From Camelus dromedarius (Eukaryota), in contig NC_087437.1 in assembly GCF_036321535.1 (NCBI RefSeq), positions 51,772,001 through 51,836,000 of the forward strand: 64,000 nt of DNA. Direction: 5' to 3'. Numbering within the stretch: the first letter of the stretch is position 1; every line of letters begins with the position of its first letter. Shown piece after piece: positions 12,801-24,709 of the stretch. The notes under the pieces are model-generated. The model searched no databases. It was given only the letters and a program-made list of their open reading frames with translations, and had not been told where the DNA came from. A program made the position numbers and the translations under genes.

Positions 12801-13049
12801 TTATTTATTTATTTATTTATTTATTTATTCATTCATTCATTCATTCATTCATTCATTCATTTGTTTATTTATTTTTAGATTCCACATATGAGCGATCTCA
12901 TATGGTATTTTTCTTTCTCTTTCTGGCTTACTTCACTTAGAATGACATTCTCCAGGAACATCCTTCTTGCTGCAAATGGCGTTATGTTGTCGGTTTTTAA
13001 TGGCTGAATAGTATTCCATTGTATAAATATACCATGTCTTCTTTATTCA
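12801..13049 (-). mobile_element. Short young L1 copy (ORF2 end only) with (TAAA)n(TGAA)n tail
   Basis: Closely matches 9077-9250 of the other young L1; candidate TSD cagacat at 12794-12800 and 13050-13056. Confidence 0.85.
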
Positions 13050-13066
13050 CAGACATATATTTAAAT

Positions 13067-13451
13067 ATGCTAAGTTATAAGTTGTGTTCCACCAAAATTC
13101 ATATGTTGAAGCCCTAACTCAATGTGATTGATAGTATTTGGGGATGGGGGCCTTTGGAAGAGAATTAGATTTAGATGAGGTCATGAAGTTAGGGCACTCA
13201 TGGTGGGATCAGTGCCCTTATAAGAAGAAGAGACACCAGAACTCTGTGACCACACACCTAGGGAAGACCAGGTGAGAACACAGAGAGGAGTCAGTGGTCC
13301 GCAACCCACAGAGAGGGCCCTTACAAGGCATGGACCCTGCTGGCACTTTCATCTTGGACTTCTAGTCTCCAGAACTGTAAGAAATAAATTTCAGTTGTTT
13401 AAGCCACCCCATCAGTGGTATTTTGTTACAGCAGCCCAACTGACCAAGACA
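13067..13451 (+). mobile_element. MaLR MLT1A-like solo LTR
   Basis: ccaaaattcatatgttgaagccctaac...ctccagaactgtaagaaataaattt...ttttgttacagcagccc...aagaca. Confidence 0.9.
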
Positions 13452-13469
13452 GCTATGTAATCTAAATAA

Positions 13470-13830
13470 TGAATGGTGATATGTTTTGTTTTTTGATGTA
13501 ACATTATATCATAGCCTTTTTTTTACATTGCTAAGCAAAATTTATAATGATCACTTTTAATGTCTATGCAATATGCTATTCAGTGAGTGTACTATGACTT
13601 AATTACCCATTTCCCTATTGTTGGATTTTTAGGTTGTTTCTTATTTCTAAAGCTGTAATGAACATCTTTGAGCATGTAGGGGCTTTTTTCCCCTTTGGGG
13701 TTATTTCCTTGGAACAAATACATTCTCAGAAGTGGAACTACTGGGTCAAAATTTATGAACGCTTTTATGGCCCTTGAAACATGTTGCCAAATTGCTTCTA
13801 AAAGTATAGTTCCAGAACACACTGAAGGCT
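13470..13830 (-). mobile_element. Old L1ME fragment (host of the L1 and MLT1 insertions; also ~12650-12790)
   Basis: ttcccta ttgttggatttttaggttgtttc...agaagtggaactactgggtcaaa...tgccaaattgct. Confidence 0.75.
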
Positions 13831-13969
13831 TTGTTATACAAATATGAGAGGTATAGGAATGGGATGGGGGTCCCAATAACAGGAATCAGCATGTGTAAAG
13901 GTGCATTGACCAGGACAGACTTCTGTGATTTATCCCTTGAAAGCCACAACATGGCCACGACCTAGAATT

Positions 13970-14185
13970 CTATGGCGGATTACACAGTTACAGATTTACG
14001 GAGTAGATAAACATAGTTAGCTGTACAATCTCGAACTAGTTATTTAAAATGTTTGCCCCTTGGTGTCCTAATCTATAAAATGTAGATAATAAAGCTTTCT
14101 GAAAGGGTTGTGGACAGGATTAACTTTTTAAAAAATACTAGCATGGTGTCTACCATATAGTAGAAACTCAGTGTCCTAAGGTTGA
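13970..14185 (+). mobile_element. Diverged MIR SINE
   Basis: ttagctgtac...gtcctaatctataaaatgtagataataa...agggttgtggacaggattaa aligns to the MIR core. Confidence 0.65.
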
Positions 14186-14392
14186 GTCTAGTTTGGATTT
14201 TCCTTTGGTGTGAATAGCTATACTTGCTGCCTGACAGGATAGCAAATGACCATCTAAAACTAATTGAGAGGCATGACACATAGAAACAATTGTAGCAACA
14301 AACAGACAGTATTTATTGAGTACCTTCTATGAACTATATATGTTAAACACCTTATAGTTTTTGAAAAGAAAAAAAGAATTCTATAGCAGATT

Positions 14393-15138
14393 CTGTGTTG
14401 GCAAACTCAGTAGCCATTCTCTGTCTCCTTCTCTCTTATTACTCTCTCACCATAGACAGTAAAAGCCCAATAATCTGCGTCCCAGCTTCTTTTGCAGCTA
14501 AAAGTGGCCACATGACTCCATTCTGTCAAAAAAGATATGAGGATGCTCTGGGAAGAATTCCTTCCTTCTTGTTTTTTGTTTCTTGTGTTTTTTGGGGGGT
14601 TGGGTGGATAATCAGGTTTATTTATTTATTTATAATAGAGGTACTGGGGATTGAACCCAGGACCTCATGCATGCTAATAAGCACACACTCTACCACTGAG
14701 CTATACCCTCCCCCTTAAATTCCTTCTGTCTTTCCTCTCTCTTGAGTGCTCCCTTTCATTCACATTTTCAACCTGTTTATTCAGTCTTTCAACTGGGAAT
14801 TGAAGGTTTTTGATTTCCTGATTAAAGGGGAAAATGTCATCGATACCATGTCTCCTTCCTTCTTTGTGCTTTGAATGCAGATGTAATGCCTGGAGCCGCA
14901 GCAGCCGCATTAAAATCATAAGGTTGGACAAGCATGAGGACAAAAAGCCAGCATAGTGAGGATGGCAGAAAGGCAGGACAGAAAGAAACTGGATCCTTGA
15001 GAGAACCATTTGAGCAGCTAAATCAACATCACCAACCCCCCACCTCTAACTTCTTGTCTGGGGGGAAAAGCAAACCCTTATTTGATTAAACCATTGTTAG
15101 TCAAAATTTTTGTTACTTGCAATGCTTCCTAATAGGTA
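14393..15138 (+). mobile_element. MaLR MLT1 (I/J-like) solo LTR, interrupted by a SINE
   Basis: tcccagcttcttttgcagctaaaagtggccacatgactc...gatggcagaaaggcagg...tttgttacttgc. Confidence 0.75.
14565..14717 (-). mobile_element. tRNA-derived camelid SINE (Vic-1-like)
   Basis: Intact A box (tagctcagtgg) and B box (ggttcaatcc) on - strand; TSD aattccttc at 14556-14564 and 14718-14726. Confidence 0.9.
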
Positions 15139-15439
15139 CAGGACTCTACCATCTTGCCTTGTCTCCCCTCAGACAGCACCCAGGATTCAGATTCTAGTTC
15201 TGTTATGCCAGAGTTTGATTCTATCTCTTGGAACTGGTGACTTGAATCTCTGCAGCTGGGAACATTTATTGCCTGCTCGCCCACAGTCTGGTATCCCGTT
15301 CCTGGCTCTGGGTGCTCCTACCAGGCCAGGAGGTCTGAGGCCAGCTCCTGCAGTTTCTGAACCCTGTCTGTTTTCTCAGAAGCAGCCAGGACCTTGGGTT
15401 TAGGGTGTGCCCATCACTGGCTCCCTTTGAGGTCTCAAG

Positions 15440-15620
15440 AGGACCCTGAGTCAAAAGTATTGGCTTTGTTTCTGGACCTTTCCCTTACTAGTCATATGGT
15501 CTTGGTCAAGTCACTGAATCTCTCTGAGCCACAATCTCCTCATTGGTAAAATAGGGACGGGGGTGGGTTTGCTGGCAAGATTTAGAACTGCAAATCGGGT
15601 AACATAGTAGGTGCCCAAGC
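15440..15620 (+). mobile_element. MIR SINE
   Basis: cttactag...cttggtcaagtcactgaatctctctgagcc...ctcattggtaaaataggg. Confidence 0.75.
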
Positions 15621-18600
15621 AATGTCTTCCTTTGAAGACAACTGTGGCTCAGAGAGGTGCAGCAAGGACCCCCACATCATCACGTCGCAGAACTGGGGAT
15701 AGACTGGGCACAAGCCTCCATTGGGTTGCATCCCAGTGGGCATGTGGCCTCCCCTGGAGACCTGGGGCCTGGAGTGTTGCACACTCCTCCCAAGTCACTC
15801 AGAATGGAAACTACAGCTGAGGGTTGGCCCTGGGTGACAGCACAGCGCGTGCCCAGCCTGGGGTTACCACATTCCGCAGCAGGCCCCTGAGGGAGAGGAG
15901 CAGCCTCTGCTCTGGGCCACTGGGCTGCCGGGGCAGCTGCCAAGGTCCCCAGGGCTGGGCAGAGCCAGAGCTCCCCTGCCTCCCTCCAAGTGGCCAGGGT
16001 CAGACTGGCTTGCTCACCTCCTTTGCACAAAGTCTGCAAAACTGGCCTCAGGTCTCCTCTGCACATTCCCAGCTGACAACTTGTGGGCCAGATTCCCCAG
16101 GCCAAAATTAGGACATGGGCTGGCTCAAAGGATTCTTTCCATGGCTGAATGTATTTATTTGAAAGTTCTTATTGAGGAATAGAAATGAACTTCACCAGAG
16201 GTTTAATGACGCACTTTAATTGGAAGGCACACAGATATGTGCAAACAGGGCTGTCTTGGGCGCACTAACGATGTCGGGGGAAGTTCCCTTCTCCACAGCT
16301 GAGGCAGTGATGTCTAGGGCCCAAGGGCAGAAGTGGAGAGATGCAAGGGGTGGCTGCGGGCAGGAATGACTTGCTTTGAACAAATCTCCCAAACTAGCAA
16401 CTTTTCAAAAAATTTTAAAGGGAATAAAGAGGCATGATGATGAGTGAAACTGGAATGAAAAGATGTAAATGGATGCAGGGTGAGCAAATCCAGGGATCAC
16501 AGCGAGCAAGTGATCAGAGGGTTGTCATTGTCATTTTACTTACCGACTGCCCCCTCCACGGCACCCCACCACACGCACACAAACTACTTGCTAGCCAAGC
16601 AGGTCCTGTACCCACCCCCACGGGGAGTTACCCAGGCCAGACTGGCCTCTGCACCTGGGGGAGACCAGTCTCCTACCCTCTATAGACAGAGTTTCCTTCA
16701 AAGTGGCCTGCAGCCTCGGGGAGGGAGAGAGAAGGGAAGAGAGGGAGGGGTGTGAGGCCCAGGATGAGGGCTGTTCTCACTGGAGCACAGCAAAGTTATC
16801 CTGATGGAGTTTCTACCATTGCAGAATAAGGTTGGAATCCCCTGTAAGGCTGCTCGTCATCACACCTGCCTTGGGGGACAACCCAGTCTTATCCCCCTAC
16901 CCCAGTCTCCTCTGAGCACCAGCCTCTCTGAGACAATCATGTGATTGGATGGGAGAGACCTGCATTCTTGTTCTGACCATGCCCTGATATACAGGGGGAG
17001 GAGCCCATCAAGGGATAGCTTGTCACCTGAGGCCAGAGGAAGACAGGGGGGCCTGGCTGCAAATCCTTGTTCTGCATCTTGTTCTCCATCTGTAATCTGG
17101 ACCTAATGACCCCTATCTTATAGGCCTAATCAAATATGCAGAGTGCCTATTTCATTGTCTGGCACATAGTAGGCCATTGATAAATAGTGACTATTAAATA
17201 CTCTAAAACCCATTAAGACACAGGAAAGTATAAGGGATACCAACATTAATAATAATTATAGTAATTATCCCATTCTCCTCGTCCCCCCAGGCACAAGGAA
17301 GCAAGGAGAGCGGCTCTTCCAGCCCTGCTGCCCGACTTCTCATGGGGCCACTTGATTGCTCTTGGGGAGATGGGTTCTGGCTAATTTGTGGCGACTTTCC
17401 TCTTCCACAAGGCTCTTCAAGCCCAGGGATCTGGCATTACCTGTTCTTAGTTGGATAGGGTCACTCTCACCCACTCCATAAGAGTCAAGGCCAAGACCAG
17501 GGGTATTCTCCCTGCAGCAGCCACCCTCTTGCCACTCTTTATGGGGGCCCCAGGAAGCTCCCTCTGCAGTTCTTTCCATGCCCCCGGCTCCCACAACCCT
17601 TGGGCATGACCCCTCCTCATCCCTCCTCTGCCTGTTCAGCCAGCCCACTGGTGTTGGCACTGCAGTCAGTGACCACAGGGGAGATGCAGAGAAATTCAGA
17701 GAAACACCCTGCCTCCTGTTCCTTGTCTGCCTGTCTCCACATATGTCAGGTTGGGCCGCCCGGACCCCTACTCTGTAGATGTCCTCAGTCTGGCCTAGCC
17801 TCGCAGCTGGATCCCCCTCTCCTCCCCCCACCTCCTCCAGCCTGTTGAGGTGGGCGGTGAGGGGGAGATCTTAATTTCTCCCGCTTCTAATCAGCACAGC
17901 TGGGAGAACCAGCAGGCAAGGGCAGGAGGAGGTGAAAGGCCACGAGCATAATCCACAAGCCACCCAGTCACCAGAACCCAGCCTCCCTCCTAACAAGCCA
18001 TGCAGCAAACAAATTATCTTTGTTGTTCCTGGGAAATCTGCAAGTACTTACCCGTGTAATTAGCATCTGTGCCTCGTGCCGGCAGTTCAGGTGAACAGGC
18101 CACGGCTACCCGGTGCCAGGCTGCCTGTAATCAAAACCAAAGCACCCGCCAGGGTGCTCTCGGATAAAGACAATGTCAAACTCAATCAGGGCCTCACCTG
18201 GGATGGTGACCTCAGGAGCTGGCGCGTTGGGGCCTTGCTAGCTCTGCAAGAAGGGTGGGAGGCCAGCATTGCACAGACTTTTCCACAAACTTCCCTGGCA
18301 CTTAGAAGCCTGGCAGACAGAGGACCTGGGCCCGGGGATCTGCATTTGTAATCAGTTTCTCAGATGTCTGATACAAGCCAAAGTCTGGATGTTCTTCAAG
18401 ATCCCCTCGGTTGGTGGAGTGGTAATAGCAATAAGTTTTGTTTACTGAATGCCTACTAGGTCCTGGGCCTTTATATATGAATTCATGATTTCACTTAGTT
18501 TCTCCTAAGTGCAAGAAATATATGAGTACACTCTATTTATTGAGAGAGTAACTAACTTGCCCAGAGTCACATAGGGACCGGGCTCAGCATCAGACAGAGG

Positions 18601-18632
18601 TGTGCCTGTCCCTAAGACCTGCTCTTTAAAAA

Positions 18633-18837
18633 AAATTTTTTTTAATTGAAGTATAGTCAGTTTCTAAAGTGTCAATTTCTGGTGTACAGCATAATGTTTC
18701 AGTCATACATGTACATATATATATATTTGTTTTCATAATCTTTTTCATTATAGGTTAATACAAGATATCAAATATAATTTTAATTTTTTAAAAATTGAAG
18801 TCTAGCCAGTTTACATTGTTGTGTTAATTTCTGGTGT
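18633..18837 (-). mobile_element. Two adjacent young L1 3' termini
   Basis: aattgaagtatagtcagtt...aatttctggtgt occurs at ~18644 and again (variant) at ~18793; same family as 8663-8900. Confidence 0.8.
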
Positions 18838-20179
18838 GTCCAGGCCCTGCTCTGGGCCCCTCCCCAGAGTTATTTCCCACTTGAAGCTACTTGTTCCATG
18901 CAACGTGGAGGTTAAGTGGAATCTGTGACATTGCATATGGAATGACAGCTCCTTCTGCCAGAGGGGACAGCAAGGGTACAACACGGGAAGCCTCGAGGTG
19001 TCTTGTTCCTGCCTGATGGAGGCTGTTCTCGGCTTCCTGCTCAAAGCAGGGAATAACATACAGTTCCCTTTATCCCACTGGGGCAGAAGGTGGCACCCCT
19101 CTGTGGAGCAGGAAGGACAGGCCAGAACGGGCAAACATTTGGCTCTGGGAACAAGACCCAGAGCAGAGGATCAGCAGGGCACCCACAAAGGGAGGTCCTC
19201 CCTGGAGATAGCAGACCTGGCATTTTCAGAGAGAATGGCCCACGAGGCAGCTCTCCTTAACAACACCAACAGAAGTTGCACTTAAATGAACCCTGAGTGT
19301 GTGTAGCCTTGGAGACTGAGGGTCAAGGCAAGCTCTGGAGCAGCTGGTGTGGAACTGGAGGGAGGGAGACATGGAGCTGGGAGTGAGAAACAGCAGGGTT
19401 TGGATGGACAGTGAACGGGGATGTTGATTCTAGCCCGGATAGCACAGAGCCTGGGTTTTCATCAGTTCCTCAGTGAAGAGGAAATTGGAAATTAATATCA
19501 AAATCCCACTGAGTAGCGTCCATAGTTTCCATATGTAATCACGGTTGGCTTAGCTAGGTAGTAAAATGTTTATGATTTTCTTTCCAAGGTTGAATTTAGT
19601 CATTCTCAACGAACCATTTAGTTGGCTTCATAAAGTCCTGATTTAAAGAACCCCTCTAGGTGATGTGGATGGATGGATACCTGTGCGAGGTGGACCCTCC
19701 CAGCTGTTGAAGTCAGGGCCTGGGGCCCAGATGGCGCAAGTCCGGGAAAGAAGCCGTCCTCCCAGACAGCTGCCTTGACGGGGCCAGGGCACCACATGCC
19801 ATATGGAGCGCCAGCTTGAGCAAGAAGGCACCGTAAGTCTGTTCTGAGCACCTCCCATGGCATCTGTGATTCACATACAGAAATTCAAATTGTGTGTCCC
19901 CTCCCCCAACACATGCTTTCAGTAAACTGAGGCATCGCGACCCTGCCAGCTGACGAGTGGGCTGGAGGTGGGTGGGTACGTTCGCTGTGGTCAGGCAGAC
20001 ACTGATGCCAGCTCTTTCTGCTCCCTCTAGGAAGGAGTGCTCCCTGTCCGAGGCTTTGGTTCACTATTCATGGAAATTTGGAGATAGATTTAAGACTGAC
20101 ATGCATGATTCCCTTAACATCTGCTGGGGGCTGGAGGCAGCAAGGGCAGCAGGGCAGGCTGAGGGCCTAAGCGTCCATC

Positions 20180-20701
20180 ATCTGTCTACACACACACCAC
20201 ACACACACTCACACACAGGCAAACGCATTCATACACACGGACACACACATATCCACGTGCCCACATGTGAACTCTCCCACAGATACACATTCATTCATGG
20301 ACTCAGACAGACCACACATACACCCTGAAGTAGATTCATACACACCTTCACACAGAGACACACGTTCTAACACACACCCTCATACACAGACACATGGTCA
20401 CACAGTCACTAACACATCTAAGACACACCCTTACGTGCAACACACAGCCTCCACACCCTCACACGCACCGTGTGCACACATGTTCCCTCCTCAGTTGCCC
20501 CTCTGACAGGAGAAGGCCTCATGGCTTCAGGCAGAGCGAGGCCTCCTGCCAGGCCCTCCCCTGCAGCCCCCACCTTGGCCACTCACGAACGCCCTGGTGA
20601 TGACCGCGCACTCAGACCCAGCCTACCCCTGCCTGTCTGGGCCTCTCTCACACATCTGCAGCCTCGCTCACAACAGTAAGCCTCCTACAGCCTCTCTCTC
20701 T

Positions 20702-20754
<53 letters not shown>

Positions 20755-20980
20755 TCAAGCACACAGAGCATGCGCTGTGTCTCCAAAGCTCTCGTCTCCC
20801 TCCCTCGCTGTCTCACTGTCACACAGGGCTGCTCTCTCTCCAGCCTCTCCCAGTCACATCCACGCCATTTGCCTGTCAGCCTCGCCCCCACCCCCACCCT
20901 GCCTTGGGTCTTTGTCTCACACACAAATACACACGGCTCCATGCAGACACCCTGTATCTGTCTGTCTGTCTCCCGCACAC
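20180..20980. repeat. CA-rich low-complexity region with pure (AC)23 at 20705-20750
   Basis: Direct reading of sequence. Confidence 0.9.
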
Positions 20981-22929
20981 ACGGAACAACTTGAGCGATG
21001 GCAAGTGGGAGAGGGTGTCAGGCCTGATGGAAGCTGTTATTCTTAGCCCTGTCACTGGACGCTTCCACCCCGTCTCCAACTCCGTCCTTGCCCTCCCCAT
21101 CACCCTCCCCATGAGACAGAGCCAAACCTGAGGCAGGGCTAATCCCCCATCTGTGGAGAGGGAGGGGAGGCAGTAGGGGATTGCAGCCCAGCACTGAAAA
21201 GGAGCAGAAAATGGGATTTATTTTTGCTGCCCCCCCAACACCAACTCTGCCTCCAGCTGCTCAGAGAGCAGTTGTGTGGGGGACCCGATGGAAGCGAGGG
21301 AATTTGCATTTGAAAATACTTGTTGGTTGGCCCAAAACATTTGGCGCCATTGCTGATCCAGTTGTGTGTGTGTGTGTAGGGTGCTGGCACGTCAGGGGGT
21401 GTGGATGAGAAGACACCAAGGAAGCAGAACTCAGGAGAGGGTACCAGGCAGTGTCTTTCCTAGGCCATTTCTTATCCCTTTCTTGCTTTGGGCTGGAACC
21501 AGCCATAAAGAGATTAGACCCAGCTCAGCTGCTCAGCCCCAGGGACTGCCACCACCCCAGACCTCTGTTTGCCACCGGGCCCTCCCTAGGCCTCCACACC
21601 TGCCCCAAGTTGGAGGGGAGGGGGTCCTACCCCCAGGAAGTCCCACAGACACCTCAAACCCCAAGTGCTTGGTCTTTTCCTCTAAAAGTCTCCTGTTCCC
21701 TTGTGTTCCCTAAGTTGGAAACCTCAGACATTGCACCTCTTCCCTTTTTCTGGTTGGGCTTCGAACCTGCTACCATGGATTGTGCCTCCCCACCCCCACC
21801 ACCCCGGGCAGTCCTGGCCACCAGTCCTTCACTCTTGCCAGGACCAGTGCAGTAGCTCTTAGCTGGTCCCCTCACCTTCAGTCTCCCCTCCTGCCAGTCC
21901 ATCCTGCAAACAGCTGCCAGTGATTTATTAAAAAGTAAAAATCAATAAACCCCAATGATGCCACGTTCCTGCTCAGAGCCCTTCCCTGGCTGCCAGCGGA
22001 TAGACGTGAGAGCCCTGAGGTGGCGCACAGGCTCCTCGCCCTGTCCCTGTCCCACGTACTCGCTCCGCACCACATGGAGCCAGTGCCTCCCCAGCATGGC
22101 AGGTCTTTCTGTGCCTTCTGCCTTGGAACATGCTGGTGCCTGAGTCTGCAGAGTCTTTCCCTTCGTCTTCACCTTGGGTGAATTAAATCCAACTCAGATG
22201 TCATGGTCCCTTGCGAAAACTTCTGCCTCACCTCACTTACCCTTATATGGCTAGCTTTAATCTTCTCTGTTCTCAAGCGCTTTCACAAACCTTAATTCTA
22301 GCCCTTAAACCAATTGTTCCTCAAGGTCTCTTAATTACTCCTCTCTCCAAGCCTTTGCCAGTTCAGGTCCTCTTATCTGAATGTCCTCTCCTGCCCTCTC
22401 CATTCCGCTCAGTCCCATCCATCTCGAGCCTAACTTCTCTGTCTGATCTCCTTCCCTTCCTTTGGGATTTTCCATTCTGTGGTCCACACTGGGCCCCAGA
22501 TTCTTCTGTCCTGTGTTGTCCACACTGCTTTCTATATGCAGGTGTGGGGTCACCCAGTTGGCCTGTGAGCTCCTGAAGGGTGTTGGGCAGAGTTCTGCCC
22601 AGAATGCCCCCCTCCTGCCCCTCCAGGAGCTCCAGTGGTGCTGGGCTCACAGCCAGGGCTCAGGGACCTCAGGGCGTGGGGTGGGGCACTGAGTTTGAGT
22701 CTGGGAGGGAAGGAGGGGAGGAAGGAAAGGAGTCTCAGCAGGTGCTGGGTGAACACTGGCTGCAGCCCCCTGGGCCTCTGGCGCAGGAGCAGGGCTGGGG
22801 ACACGAGGCCTGCAATCTCCTGGCAGCTGTTGGCAAAGCCTGTCCCCAGCGATGAATTAGAGTTGGGACCACGGGCAAGCTCTGCTCTGACACTGGCAGG
22901 CTGAGTGTCCAGGGGAGAGAGGCTTAGAG

Positions 22930-23260
22930 CAGGTGAGGCAGAGAGACCAACAAGGAGAGAACCAGAGATAGAGACTGCGAGGCCCAGGCAGGGCCAGTGA
23001 GTGAGACAGACAGGGTCACCGTGATAGCGAGAAGGACAGAGAAAGAGAGGAGGAGATCAAGACACAGACACCAGAAGAGACTGACGGATTCAGAAACAGA
23101 CTGAGAGAGACTTAGAGACACAGAAAAAGATAAAAATGGACTCATAGAAAGGAAAAGTCAAAGACAGACAAATTGAAGACAAAAAGGAAGGGAGCAGAGA
23201 GGACAGGAAGAGGCAGAGAGGAGAGAGGCAGATGTCAGGAGAGAGGGATGGACAGACCCA
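22930..23260. repeat. GA-rich (AGAGAC-type) low-complexity tract
   Basis: Purine-rich degenerate agagac/agaga units. Confidence 0.8.
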
Positions 23261-24269
23261 CAGACCTAGGGGGATGGGATGCCCGAGAGAAGGGCAATAA
23301 ACACACGCATGGAGGAAGCCAGGAAACCACCTAAAGAGACAGGCAAGGCATCAAGGGTGGGGGAGAAGGCCCAGGCCTGCTGCTTGGAGGGGACAGGCAG
23401 AACTGGGGTGGGGCGGTAGGAGGCCAGGGACTCTCTGCTGGGCTCCTCTCCCTGGCTGTGAGCTGGGGACGGAGGGAAGGCCTGAAAGTCGGCTGGGTGG
23501 AAGGGCTCTGGGAGTCAGCATCTCCAGCCGCACCCCCCGCCACCCGCCACCAGGAGCCCCAGGATACCACCTGGACCAGAGAATGGCAGGTGGTGAGAGG
23601 CCCACGCCAAGCCTAGAATGGGGATGGCCCTGCCCCTACTGGGCGCAGGAGAGCTTCCTGAGCCTCTCAGCTCAGCAGGGAGAGGAGCTGCGGGGGAACC
23701 ATAGGGCCAAGCCCTTGGGAACCCCTCCCTGGGATGGTGTCCTACATCTGTGCCTAAGCCCCTGGGAGACTCCCCAGGGCCTTTGAAAATCATTTCATTG
23801 TTCCACCACCCCACAAAGAGACCCCATTGGAAGTCCTCCCTGCTATCTAATTCAGATACCTCCCATTGCAAGTACGGCCCACTCAACTCTTTAGGAGGTT
23901 TAAAAAAAAAAAAAACCTCCCTGAAATCTGAAATGCCACAGAGTGCTCAGACAAAGACCCCTTTCTGTACAGTTCCACCCCCTCCCACACCTCTCCCCCT
24001 CCCCCTCTTCCTTACTGCAGGCTAAATTAGCAGTAGAGAGGTTTTGAGTCAACAAATGCAGCAGGCTGGGGAAGGGAGCCCTGAAGGGGATTCCTGTCTG
24101 GGAGACATTTGCTGACAGCAGTTACTGTGACAACAGGGAAGCAGGGAAGGCCTGCCACAGTCCCACAGGCAGCCCCTGCCCCACCCAGTCCTAGCTTTCC
24201 CCACATCACCCCCACCCACTGCCCTAGTACATTCACTTACTCATTCCTAAGTTCCATCATTTACTCAAC

Positions 24270-24480
24270 AATCTTTGGACACCAACCATGTGGCCAGCCC
24301 CTGCTTGACATATTTATATTTACTGCCTCATGCTGCCTTCACAACAACCCAGTAAGTTATCTACTGTTCTCCCTTTAACCAAGTAGAAAGCTGAGACCTT
24401 GTACACAGAAGTAACTTTTCCCAAGGTCATGCAGATGATGAAGCTGGGATTTGAACCCAGGTCTGTTTGGCTTCCCAAAT
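24270..24480 (-). mobile_element. MIR SINE
   Basis: cttcacaacaaccc...cccaaggtcatgcag...gctgggatttgaacccaggtctg. Confidence 0.8.
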
Positions 24481-24709
24481 CCGCGTGTGGGCCTGGGGCC
24501 AGCGTCAGGAAGCCAGGTCCCAGGTGGCGAGCTCCTTGAAGGTTGAGGCTTCACTCTCCTTAGCTCTGCATTCCTAGAGCTGTGCCCAAAGCCTGCACGC
24601 TGTAGGTGCTTGGGACCTGCAGGAACGTTAGCTTATTGAGGGGAGGGCAGGAGTCAACAAAGAAGGGAGCCCGCAGAAGAGAGAGCCTTCCTGCTTGGCA
24701 GTAGTCCCG

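Noticed and set aside
13950..14050. Compositionally odd stretch suggesting foreign DNA
   Set aside because: Aligns by eye with the 5' half of a diverged MIR continuing to ~14185
14640..14714. tRNA-like sequence with A and B boxes (also ~7395, ~47150, ~60125)
   Set aside because: SINE heads with A-rich tails and TSDs, not tRNA genes
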